64,000 nt of DNA from Raillietiella orientalis (lineage: Eukaryota). Every line of letters starts with the position of its first letter. Position 1 is the first letter of the stretch. The notes beneath the pieces were generated by a model, which saw nothing but the letters and a program-made list of their open reading frames with translations, made no database searches and was not told the origin of the DNA. Positions 50,577 to 62,008 of the stretch are shown piece after piece. The stretch spans positions 1,116,001-1,180,000 of the forward strand of contig JAYWIR010000019.1 in the NCBI GenBank assembly GCA_036172245.1, read 5' to 3'. Position numbers and translations under genes: made by a program.

Positions 50577-53500
50577 CACTATGCGGATCACCTGGCTGGG
50601 GGTGGCACGCGTTTTTGGTTAGCTCCCGTGAGCGACACCAAGAAGGAAGTTCGAGTGTGTGTAGAAGTGCGGCCGTTGGAAGGCAGGAATGCCTGAAGAT
50701 GCCGCAGCAACTGTGACGGGAGGCGTGAGACCCACGTCTCCCCAACCAATGGAGGTGGGGTCATGCCCCACCACGAAATCTGCCCCCGCCGCCCTGGCGA
50801 GGGCATGGAACAAAGTGGCTGCGGCGCCCCTGAACGTGGCTGCGAAAGTACAGGCCTACATTAAGGAGGGCTACAACCCTGCCCTCCTTTATAAGGTAGG
50901 TAATTTATATTCTCCGCTTACAACACGGAAATTTGGCAACGCCATCCGAAGGATGGGTATCTCTGATGAGGAGATTCTGTGCTTCTTGGTTCGGAGCTGC
51001 GGGCAGTTCGAGGAGCTGATCTGCAGAGATGCAGCGCTCACTCACAAACTGCTCTGCATGTCCGTTCCTTTTGAAGGACGGAATCTCCTTCCACACACGG
51101 TGGATCACTCTATAGTGATCCACCTAACAGGAATAACAGTGCGGATAAGCGACGAAGCCATCTGCACTGAAATAAACAGATTAGCGGAGATTTACGCGAT
51201 GTGGAAGAAGCCCAATGCCTTCACATATCGAGGCGCATTTAGTGGGCAAGTTGCCGCTCGCGTAACTCTCCGCGATAATTTTCAAGTTCACCACAAGCTG
51301 GAGATCAACGACGAGCTCGTTGATCTCTGATTCGTGGGGAAGGAAAAATACTGCGGGCTATGCAACACGTTTGGGCACCTCAAGAAGAGATGCCCGGACG
51401 CCATATGCCCAACGTGCGGCGGGAAGGGCCACACTAGCGTCGTGTGCCCGAAAAACGCCGCTACAACGCTGGAAACCCCGAAAATACAAGGAGTGGGGAA
51501 GAAGGCCGAAAATCAATTACAACGCAATATCCAGCTAACTTCAGAAGAAGTCATGCAGAAGGACCAGAATTCTCAAAAGGAGACTTCTGAGTCAACTGCC
51601 GACGAGGAAGGCTGGAAAACGGTCGTAAGTAAAAACCAAAAGAAGTACAAAATAAAAGCAAAAAAACCAAACAACTTACTACAAGTCAGAACGCGAGCGT
51701 TTCAAAGAAACCCTCGAAAGGAAAAAATAAAATCTCGCCGCGCGAGGAATTAAAGGAATGCCGCGTTACAATCGAACGCGTTCCGTCGATCGAGCGTCGA
51801 TCGGCGAACGCGAAACCCTCAACCGTCGCGGACGTCGCGGAACCGCCGCAGGAAACGTGCGGCAAGGACGCGAGCAGCAGCGACGAGAAAAACTTTGCGA
51901 AGGTGGCAAGGGAACTCGTGGTCACCTTGATGCAGCCGCCTAAGGGTGCAAAGAAAGCCGTGAGACGCCCGGTGGAAGTCAAAGGACCGGAAAATTCCGA
52001 GTCCGAGGCGGAAGCCGGAAACGCTCCCACCGTCGCCCTCCCGAAGAGGAAGGCGGGCCGGAAGTCCAGCAACCCTATGCGCGTCGCTTCCCCTCAGGCT
52101 GAGAAGGAGGAAATGCTCTAGGGTAGCGAGGAGGCGATGTCCTCGAGGTCGCGTGATCCCTCCGTGGAAAGCGTCCGGTCCGATCTTCCGATCGACCTGA
52201 GTCCTGCTGCTGACGTTCCGGTCGTTGCCGAAACGCCGTGTATGCAGCTGGACATCGACCAACCGCCTCCCGAACAGGAGGCGGCAACACAATCGCCACC
52301 ACCATCATTAGTATGATGCGTGGAATCGCCTCTTGCCGGCAGCTGCGTATAGCCTGTTGGAATGTCAACGGGCTGCGTAGCGAAAGCAAGAATCGTAGTG
52401 TGGCCGACACCCTGCGACCTTTTGACCTGGCACTTCTCCAAGCGGTTCACGCTCTCAGGGGAGAGGACTTCCAGGAGATCGAGAGGCTCACAGGGGGGAG
52501 GCTACTTTGGCGTTCCGGTGGAGACCACTCCCGCGGAGTGGCCTTCCTGCTAAAGCCAGCCGTCGCAAATGCGGTGAGCAATGTACAGTTCGACGGGCAA
52601 GGTCGAGTTGGGCAACTTGTCCTCAAGTGGTCCGACTCGATCGACCTCGTAGTCACGAACGTGTACGCGCCCAGCACCAGACACAGGCATGAGGAACGCA
52701 TTGCGTTCTTCGAAGGCGTGCGGCGAGACTGGTTGGCCCAAGCAGGCGTGCGGCGGGCGCATCTGATAGCGGGAGACTTCAACGTCGGCCTGCTGTCGGA
52801 AGCGCCCGACATAAGAGCACAATTGGTCAACGAGTTGTGTGCGGCGATGCACGCGCGCAACTTGTTGGCCGATGAAGCCGATGTGACGAACCGAATCGAC
52901 CACATGTTCCTCGACAACCACCTGTGCACGCGGGTGGGAACTCGAGGAGCACTCGCGTCGGAGCTGTCCGATCACCCTTGGCTAGTTCTCAACATCTATA
53001 CGCGAGGAGAACACCAGAGCGCTCCTTTGCGCACCGTTTCTTGCCAGAGGCTGCTCCCGCGTTAAGGGAGGGAGAGGTTCACACCTTCCACCAGGAATTC
53101 AAGATGGCGGAGATTGTCTCCTCCATCGTGAAATTAAGAAAACCTTGAGCACCAGGGGAAGAAGGCCTGCCAGCTGAATTCTACCAACACTTCACGGCAG
53201 AGTTGGTCCCCCTGGTGCTCAAATTATGCATGCTGATCCGTGAACGTGGGGATGTCCCCAACTCGTTCCGGTCAGCTAGAGTACGTCTCCTCCCTGAGTG
53301 AAGATACTTGCGCAACGTTGGCAACTGGCGTCCCATCACTGTAGTGAATGCGGGCGCGAAGTTGCTCGCCAAACTCTGGGCTGATCGGCTGGGACGGGTA
53401 GAGGAATCCGTGGTCAGTCCGGAACAGACTTACGCTGTTCCCGGACGAACCATGGAGGGCAGCCTTTTCCTCGCCATTCTGGCAGCTGCAACAACGCGAG

Positions 53501-55767
53501 GATCAGCTAGGTCGGAAGAGAGCTGCACTCTCCACTAACCGAGGGAGGGAAGCCGAAGAGTAGAAGCGACGGCCGGAACCCTTGCGGCCGTAGTCGATTA
53601 GCGAGAAGCTTTACACTGCGTCGACCAGGAACTCCCTCTGGAACTCTTGAAACGCATGGGATTTCCGGCCGACTTCCTGCCTACCTGCGCTCCTGCTGGC
53701 GCTTCGCGTTCATCAGTATTAATTTCAGCGGCCGGCACGTGTACGACGTGCCGGTTCGTCGCGGCATCCGGCAGGGTGACAGCCTCAGCCCCCTGCTCTT
53801 CAGCATCTACTTTGAGTTGGTGATGAGAGCATACAGGGAGACTTTGGCAACCCTGCCGAGCTCGTGTCCCGGCACGCCTGCCGTGTCGGCCTATGCCGAC
53901 GACCCTCTGCTTCTGCTTCCCGGGTCCACCCCGGCATCGGCGCTCGAAGATTTCTTTAAGTTGCTGCGCCGTGGGACAGGCCTCGAGGTAAACAGTACGA
54001 AGTCGTCGATTACTGCATCGGACTTGTCACGGGCAGGACGATCGGACTGGATCCGTCTGGGGATCCCCACGGGCGGGTACCTCAAGTACCTTGGCGTTCC
54101 GTTGGGGGACTTCTGCGCTGCGGAAGCCTGGTCCGACCGTCTCCAAAAGGTGGAGTTGGTGATCGGCCCATTCCGAGAGGCCAAGTTTTACTTGCAGGAA
54201 CGGGCCGCGGTGTGGAACGCCTGTGCGACCCCCCTCCTCCGCTTTCTACTTTTTGTGTGTCCCGCCCCTCCCAAATTAGGACAAGGACAAAGGGCCTCAT
54301 TTGAAAAGCCCTCTGGGCAAGCCCGCGTCCGGCTTAAAGACTTGTTCGCTCCACGCAGGGACGGTGGACTTGGTCTCTCTCGCGTCCTTGGGCACATGGA
54401 GCTACAACTCCAATTTAGAAAACTTGCCCTTGTGATAAAGAACTGGCAAGCACCTTGGTGTGCTCCGGCAAGACTCCTCGCCCACAGGGCAACCGGCTGC
54501 CACGAAATGACCTCAATCCTGAGAGCCAAAGACCGTAGCCTGAACCATTGTTGGTTTCAGCTACGCGATCTGGTTGCCCTGGTGAGGGAGAATCTGTGGA
54601 TCTCCTGCATCCCTGCGGACTGGACTACCTGGCTACAGTAGTCCGTTTCAGCGTGGGCAAAATCAACGGCTCCAGCGATGAGGACTTGTGCTGCCTCCGT
54701 AGAGGCAGGTACGCTAGTCAACCAGTGCAGGAGATCGGTTGCAACCCACGGAAACTTCTATGGACTTTCTTCACCCCCTTTACCCCCGTGCTGCCCTCCC
54801 TCAAGGAAGTTAGGGACAGCCAACAGGAGGCATCGTGGGAAGTGTCCAGCCTCTTCGGTGGCAGGAAGAAACTGATGAAGGCGTGGACGTCCCGGGAACT
54901 AGCGGACGCTAGTACCCCGAGTGTCCCGCTGAATGGACTTGTACGCTGAAGCGCGCTGCTCGACATACCTCCGGAGGAGGTGAAGTGGCCCCCAGCGTCT
55001 TAAGATAACGTCTCTCTTTCCCTGCAGTGGCAGGAGACGGCGTTGCTTCTGCTCCATTGGGGACTTTTGAGCAGAGCATGCCTGTCTCACTGGACATCGG
55101 GGAGTATGGATGCTAATTGTGTAGAGTGAGGGGAAAGAGAGACCTTCCCCCACTCAATCATCGAGTGTGTTGCCCTCCGTCAGATGTGGGATCGACTCTC
55201 GTCGATCCTGAACATTCCGGGGGGCGACCCCAAGAACATTTTTAGACGCCTCCTGATGCGGGACGCCATGCCAGCCTCCGGGTGTGTAGCAGTGCTTTGT
55301 TGCATACGCGGAATCCTGGATAAGTGAACCGTGTCAAGGAGAGGCCGGACTAGTCGGAATGCCATTCACTGGGCAGCCATCTCCTTGGAGAAGGCCTGCC
55401 GTTGGCGCCGACTCAAGAAACATTTGCCGGCACTTGTTTGCATCCGCAACCGGGTGCAGAGGCCTCCTCAAGGTGTACCCTGGTCCTCTCCTTTCGCCCG
55501 CACCAAAGAATATTGCCCCCCCCCCCAGGCGTTTTTTTTTTTTTCTCTCTTATTTTTGTTTTTCCCGCCCCAGCGCCAGTGTAGAGGACCTTGTCGGCCT
55601 ACTGGTCGGTAAGGACAAGCGCCTCAAGACAGTCGAATCATGTGTTCCGACTGAAAGACAAATCAATGAAAAAAAAAAACCTTAATTGACAAGCAAACAA
55701 GACTTTATTATGAAATTTTTATTGTTAAAATTTTAATAATAAAAGCTCCGGCTCACCCGGGTGAAAA
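50577..55767 (+). mobile_element. Full-length but decayed LINE U nested in V, flanked by 7-bp TSD ACCAGGG
   Basis: TSD at 50570-50576 and 55768-55774. ORF1 starts at 50689, TGATG overlap at 52314-52318, APE/RT motifs with many stops; ends AATAAAAGCTCCGGCTCACCCGGGTGAAAA. CA(+1)CT at 50577 with GCACGC at +28. Confidence 0.85.
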
Positions 55768-55975
55768 ACCAGGGTGGCGCTCATCAGCATACCCGCCTGG
55801 TTTGAGAACCATCCCTGTCATCAGGAGGTCCTGGAGGCGATTCTGAAGACCACTACAATCCGAAGAGTCGCCGACTGGTACAGCCTGAAGCACAGAATAC
55901 ATTTATTTGAAAACATGCAATTTGGCGATAGGAGATTGAGGCAGGAGGCGTACCGGGAGCTGAACATCTGAGATC
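55768..55975 (+). mobile_element. Continuation of LINE V ORF2 after insertion U
   Basis: Rejoins in frame as KQGTR|VALISIPAWF...ADWYSLKHRI, matching the post-APE W..K..I segment of the other families. Confidence 0.7.
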
Positions 55976-57345
55976 ACTCCCTCTCTGGGTTTTGGGGAAA
56001 ATGCCGAGTCGGTGAAGGGGCGGCTGCCTGCAGCGTGTTATTGAGGGACGCGCCGCTACTTTTGACGGTTTTCGCGACTGTCGCAGATGATCCTTCTTTG
56101 CTTCGGGGCTTTGAGGAACTCGGAAGGGACAACGGAATGGGGCAGGAAGCACTCGCATTGTTGCGATCTTCCTGCTTTCCTACCTTTCTGTCCAGGGATT
56201 TCCTGTTTTTTCCTGGTTCCTGGCTCAGAGAGGTGCTTGCGAGTTCTGCGGCGAGGGCGGGCACTCAACTCGTCGAGCGCTCGCGCCCCTTTTTAATTGG
56301 CCGTGATTTCGCCCTTCCGGGGCGTTACGGGCGGGGACGCCTGTTGTTTAGCCGCGTAGTGCTAGGCTCTTTTGTCAATACTTCGCGAACACCGTTTTTT
56401 CCTGAGTGCAGCGGCCTTTTGTGCATTCGTCTCTTGGACTTGATGAAGTTCCGCTGCTGCCCTTTTCTTTGCAAGGACTGAGCACTTTTTTATTTCGTGC
56501 CCGGTTTCTTTGCAATAGCGGCATTTTGGGGTGGGACATTCCTTTATTCGGTGTCCCTCCTTGCCGCACTGCTCGCACGCGCGAGTCTGACCTATGAACC
56601 ACAAGTGAACGACCTGTGGTTCACCTGCAGCTGCTCAGACACAACACGCCTGTTCGCGACGGTGATCCGTGCGGAGGCTTGTCCAATGTGGACAGAGGAA
56701 AAATCCTTTAGAGGATTTGGCCTCCTCCACAGAGCGTGCACCGTGGCGAACTTCGCCAGCACGCTTGCGACATCGCGGTCGGAAACTTTCGGCTCGATGT
56801 CGTACAATTGAACACAAAAGCGTCGTCCATTACGGTAGGCAGGACTTCCTTGCCACCGATGGGCAGTGGAGCACGGAGAAGCCGCTGCACAAGTGCTGCG
56901 TTCTTGCACCGTATCTTGGTGTATTCCATCCTGCCTGCAGGCATGATGGCAAGGAGTTCCTCCTTGCGAACGCCGATCGGACGAGCTCATCGTTGAGCAC
57001 ACGCCCGGTTCTCCACTGACCTTATAGCGGAGTGCGGTCATGTAGCCTGATGCCTCATATGCCTGCTATTCCTCATCGCATGGTCCTGGTCCTTGAGAGG
57101 TAGCAGCAGCGTAGCTCCTCACCGAAAGCGAAGAAACCGTCACGGAGAATTTGGCCGCTTTTAATCCAGCTGAAGTAGATCTAACGGCTTGCTCCTCCAC
57201 ACTAATCTTGGTAGTGGCCATGTTGCACAATGCTGCTTGGCCGACTCCACAGAAACACACAAGTGCGAGAGAAAACGCAGGCAGAAAGATGCTCAATCGC
57301 TTAATCTATCGGGCGCGGAGAGACGGGAAAACACGTCTGCACTGT
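55976..57345 (-). mobile_element. Decayed LINE T (Z-like): 5'UTR and ORF1 (ATG 57221)
   Basis: AGACGTGTTTT at 57338-57328; FATVHALWRRPNP; CEQCGKEGHRIKEC and CRYCKETGHEIKKC; frameshifts. Confidence 0.8.
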
Positions 57346-58124
57346 ACGAGCTCGAGTGATCGAAGGGATCTCGGGTGGACAGCTGCTGTGAAGCTGCGAC
57401 ACCATCAAATCTTGCGGTGTCGCGTTCCTGCCTCCTCCAGCTGTCGAAGCCGTGGCAAAGGGCGAACGGTTCGATGGTTCCGGTCGCGTCGGCCAGCTGA
57501 CCCTCAGGTAGTCCGACTCCATCGATCTGGTCATTACCACCTTTTTTTTTTTTTAAATAAACGTCCCGGAGTACCCGGGTGGCATCGCCCCGAGCGGCAG
57601 CGTCGCGTTAAGGGCAAAGGCAAGGAGAGAGTTCTTCCTTTCCCTAAGTCGCAAACATCTGGTCGAAGTGGGAGTGCGCAAAGAGCACCTTATCGCAGGT
57701 GACTTTAACCTCCGCCTGCTCTTAGGTGTGCCGGACACACTTCGGGACCGTGTCAACGAGCTGTGCGCAGAGATGCGCACGCGCAACTTGTTCGCGGGAG
57801 ATCCGGAAATTGCCAACAGCATCGATCACATGTTCCTCGACCAGCACCTGTGCCCTCACGTGAAAAGGCATGGCAAGTTACCGTCCGAGCTGTCCGACCA
57901 TCGCCCGATCGTGCTCGAGATTCATCCTCACGACAGGGGCCCCCCTCGTCAGCGTGGCGTCTCGTAGGGGACTGGATGAAGCTCCCGGACGCTGTGGAAC
58001 ATCTCCGCCCGTTCATACGGAGCTTTAAGTTGCGGACCCTTCAGAACTGGGACCGCTTTAAGCGGTCGGTGCAGGAGTTCTGCTACCACTTCCCTCTGCC
58101 ACCGCCTATCTGGCGGATATTGGG
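57346..58124 (+). mobile_element. Decayed APE-domain fragment carrying a ~43-nt 3'-end mini-insertion at 57542-57584
   Basis: IEGISGG...DSIDLVIT[insert]APSG...HLIAGDFN...SIDHMFLD...LSDHRP. Confidence 0.8.
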
Positions 58125-59823
58125 TTACCAGCCTAGTGCGCCTGGGGCGTTTATCGAAAACTCTACAGCACGTGGTACAATGCCCCACTAACAACACCGG
58201 ACCTGCCGGGACGCTGGGATGCAGCCCGGCGTGACTCTTCCCTGCAGTGAAAGGGGATGGGGAAAAAAACAAAAAGAAAAATTAAAGCATAAGAAAAGCA
58301 AAAAGAAGTTGGAGGGCCAGTAAGGGATCACTGATCACTGGGAGGAGGGCCCATCATTTGCAGGATGCCCACGAGCTTCTGCCTTCCACCCAGCTGGGGC
58401 CATCGAGTAGCACTCACCATGAAGCGACTAGCATACGGGATGACGTCCCTCTCGTTGTAAACATCTTCGTCGTGGGCATCAATCCAAGCCGCCACGATGA
58501 CTCGTATGCAGCATAGTGCTGCCAGCATTGCGGTTGACTGCAGGGCATCCCTCGCGAAGAGGAACCGGAGAACGTCTCTGGGGGCGCTGCCAACCGGGAA
58601 CCCGTATGTCGTTCCAAAACGGTCCCATAGGGGTCGGAGGGCAGCACAATTAACAATAAGGGACGGTGTAAACAAAAAGCAGAGGGTGCAGGATGGGGAC
58701 CGCGAACGTGTTCCAAACCGCAGCCTGTTCCGGCAGAAGGAACTTGCCTTCCGGAAACGGGCCGATCGCCAGCTCTACCTTTTGGAGACTATCTGACCAG
58801 GCTTCTGCGAAGCAGAAGTCTTCCAACGGGACTCCAAGGTACTTGAAGCACCCGCCCGTGGGGATCCCAGGAGGATCTAGTCTGGTCGTCCTCCCTACGT
58901 TGCACCAACCGCTACCACCGACGACTTCGCCTTGTTCACCCGCAGTCCTGTCCCGCGGCTCAACATGTCGAAGAAATCCTCGACTGCCTCGCTCTGTATG
59001 CTCTCAGCACCAGTTCGTAATACGTGCTAAAGAGCATGGGACTCAGGCTGTTGCCTTGCCGGATACTGCTTTGAATAGGCATGCTGTGCGCTATTTGTCC
59101 TCTAAAAAAAACGATGATTATCGCATTGCGCCAGCAGGAGCGCAGGTAGGTCGTTAAGGCGGCCGGGAAGCCCACGCGATCCAGGAGCTGCAGAAGGACT
59201 TCCTGGTCCACGCAGTCGAATGCTTGATGCAGATCGACTGCGATCGCTAGAGCCCCTTCCTGCACGGTTGTCCCTTGCTCCGCTGGCGCCCCCAAATCAG
59301 GGTTACCGACAATTCGTTTTTTCTTACTTTCTTCCCTTTGCACATGGAACCATGTGCGGGCGAGGGACAGATGCGCTTCATTGCGTCGCCCGGGAACAGC
59401 GTAAGTCTGTTCCGTGCTGACGAAGCTGTTCACTAACTTTCTCAACCTCGCAGTCCACAGTCCCGGGATCAACTTAGCGTCCGTGTTCACAATCGTGATC
59501 GGACGCCTGTTGCTTAATTTATGGAGGTCTCCTCCCTTAGGAAGAAGCCTTACCCCGGCTGAACGAAACGAGGTGGGAACATTGCCTCCGTCTCGAATCA
59601 GCCGTGTCAACTAAAGCATCAGGGTTACCAGCTCTGCCGCGAAGCATTGGAAGAACTCCGCCGGCAGGTCGTCCTCCCCTGGCTCCTTACGCCTCTTGAG
59701 CTTTTTGATACCAGCGAGAATTTCTCCAGTCGTCAAATGCTCGGCGAGGGTTTGTTTCACCTTCTCCCGTATGGCCGGGACTCCATCCGGAAGCAGGAGT
59801 CGCGAGGCATTCCACTCCGCAAG
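58125..59823 (-). mobile_element. Decayed, internally deleted LINE ORF2 with 3' end
   Basis: RRPITIVNTDAK...EQTYAVPGR...GALAIAVDLHQAFD in one frame; deletions near 58990 and 58665; degenerate hairpin end at 58125-58155. Confidence 0.8.
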
Positions 59824-60512
59824 TTTCTTACCCGGGTAATCCGAAGCTTTTATTATTAAAATTTAACAACAAACTTCATAACAAAGTCTTGTCTTTTGGT
59901 GTAATTTTTCAGTGAGAACACATCGTTTTCTTGGGGCGACTGTCCTCACCGACTTGCAGACCGGTAAGATTCTCTCCACTGGCGAAGGGAGCGAAGAAAA
60001 AAAGGGGGGGAAGCCTGGGGGACGATGTTTTATGGAGATGAGAGGGAAGGGAAACGATTACGGTACGCCATAGAGAGACCTCTGCATCCGGTTTTGGATG
60101 CGAACAAGTGCCAGCAGAAAGTTTCTAAGTTGGCGCCAACGGGAAGCCTTCTCCATGGAGATGACTGCGCAATGGATGGCATTCAGACATCTGCGGCCTC
60201 TTGTTGACGAGGTTCACTTGTGCAGGATTCCGCATATGCAGCAGAGAACTGCAGCACACGCGGCGGCTGGCAGTTCATCCCGCCTCTGGAGGTGACGAAA
60301 AATGTTTTTAGGGTCGCCCACCGGAATGTTTAAGATTGAAGAGTCGATCCCACATGAGGAGGAGGGCAACACACTCGATAAGTAAGTAGGGGAAGGTCTC
60401 CCTTTCCCCGTACTCTACACAATGGGCATACATTCTCCCTAATGTCCAGAGAGACAGGCATGCTCAGCTTAAAAGCCTCCAATGGAGCACAGGCAGCGCC
60501 GTCTCCTGCCAT
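59824..60512 (-). mobile_element. 5'-truncated LINE 3' fragment (U-like) with hairpin end
   Basis: WQETA...CVEYGERET remnants; ends AATAAAAGCTTCGGATTACCCGGGTAAGAAA. Confidence 0.75.
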
Positions 60513-60753
60513 GGCATCCCTGGCAGTACGTCACTGAAACATTGCAACGAGAGGGACGCCATCGTATATGCTGTACGATTTCCGCGCACTGCTACCATAT
60601 CGTCCCACTTGAGGAACATTCGTGAGGACTTGAACAGGATGGACCCTCCTCCCAGCGCTTAGTAATCCCTTACTCCGCTCCAAAGCCTTTTTCTTATCTA
60701 TGCTTTGTTTTATTTCTGATTTTGTTTTTCCCCACCCCTCTTCTCTGCCAAGG
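60513..60753 (+). mobile_element. Short LINE 3' fragment (B-like ORF2 end and partial 3'UTR)
   Basis: ...LNRMDPPPSA*, then TCCC and a pyrimidine tract, cut just after CTGCC. Confidence 0.65.
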
Positions 60754-62008
60754 TTTCTCACCCAGGTTAGCCGGGGCTTTTGTTATTAAAAATTTTTACA
60801 TAAAAAAAATTACATAATAAAGTCTTTTTTTGTTAACAGTATTTTTCTTTTTAGGTCAGCACAAAAGTTTTGGCTGTCTTCGGACACTTCTCCTTACCAA
60901 CCCGCAGGCCGATAAGTTCCTCCACACTGGCGCAGGGGCGGGAAAAATAAAAATAACCAAAAAAAAAAAAAAACGCTTGGGAGAGCAATGTTTTTTTGGA
61001 GGGAAGGAAAGGGAGGAGATCACGGTACGCCGTGAGGAGGCCTCTGCATCCACTTCCGTATACGAACAAATGCCGGTAAATGTTTTTAAAGTCGGCGCCA
61101 ACGGGAAGCCTTCTCCATGGATATGGCTGCGCAATGGATGGCATTTCGACTAGTGTGGCCTCTTCTTGACGCGGTCCACTTATCCAGGATTCAGCGTATG
61201 CAACAGAGCACTGCTACACACCCGGATGCTGGCATGGCGTCCCGCATCAGGAGGCGTCTAAAAATGTTCTTGGGGTCGCCCCCCGGAATGCTCAGGATCG
61301 ACGAGAGTCGATCCCACATCTGACGGAGGGCAACACAGTCGATGATTAAGTGGGGTAAGGTCTCTCTTTACCCTCACTCTACACAATTAGCATCCATACT
61401 CCCCGATGTCCAGTGAGACAGACATGCTCTGCTTAAAAGTCCCGAATGGAGCAGAAGCAATGCCGTCTCCTGCCACTTTAGGGAAAGGATGCCGTTGTCT
61501 GAGGGCCACTTCACCTCCTTTGGAGGCTTGTCGAGCAGCTCGCTCCAGCCTATAAGTCCATTCAGCGGGACAGTCGGGGTACTAGCGTCCGCTAGTTCTC
61601 GGGACGTCCACGCATTCAACAGTTGAGGCAGGACACAGTTGCATCCGATGAGGCAGGACACAGTTGCATCCGATGAGGCAGGACACAGTTGCATCCGATG
61701 AGGCAGGACACAGTTGCATCCGATGAGGCAGGACACAGTTGCATCCGATGAGGCAGGACACAGTTGCATCCGATGAGGCAGGACACAGTTGCATCCGATG
61801 AGGCAGGACACAGTTGCATCCGATGAGGCAGGACACAGTTGCATCCGATGAGGCAGGACACAGTTGCATCCGATGAGGCAGGACACAGTTGCATCCGATG
61901 AGGCAGGACACAGTTGCATCCGATGAGGCAGGACACTTCCCACTGTGCCTCCTGTTGGCCGTCTGTGACTACCCTGAGGGAGGGTAGCACGGGGAAAGGA
62001 GGGGTTAG
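60754..62008 (-). mobile_element. 5'-truncated LINE 3' fragment (U-like) containing the 25-bp array
   Basis: Close match to 54780-55760 (WEVSCL...AWTSRELADASTP...WQETALLLLH); ends AAAAGCCCCGGCTAACCTGGGTGAGAAA. Confidence 0.82.
61625..61936. repeat. Perfect tandem array, unit GAGGCAGGACACAGTTGCATCCGAT (25 bp) x12 plus 12 bp
   Basis: Read directly; no unit variants seen and no spacers. Confidence 0.97.

Noticed and set aside
55800..55812. TTTGAGAACCA as the missing second hAT TIR
   Set aside because: It lies within the WFENH codons of LINE V, lacks the terminal CTG, and has no matching 8-bp TSD.
57347..57357. Same 11-mer CGAGCTCGAGT at the 5' junction of T and of the RLE element (21756-21766)
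   Set aside because: The elements are unrelated classes, the motif is short and self-complementary, and at 57347 it can be read as APE codons; treated as coincidence.
61625..61936. CRISPR-like array
   Set aside because: The units are contiguous and identical with no spacers, there are no cas genes, the context is eukaryotic, and the unit derives from LINE ORF2.
22700..62000. Numerous long antisense or alternative-frame ORFs (e.g. 25418-26803, 35357-36391, 42270-43451)
   Set aside because: They are shadows of GC-rich LINE coding sequence, with no recognisable domains and inconsistent boundaries between copies.
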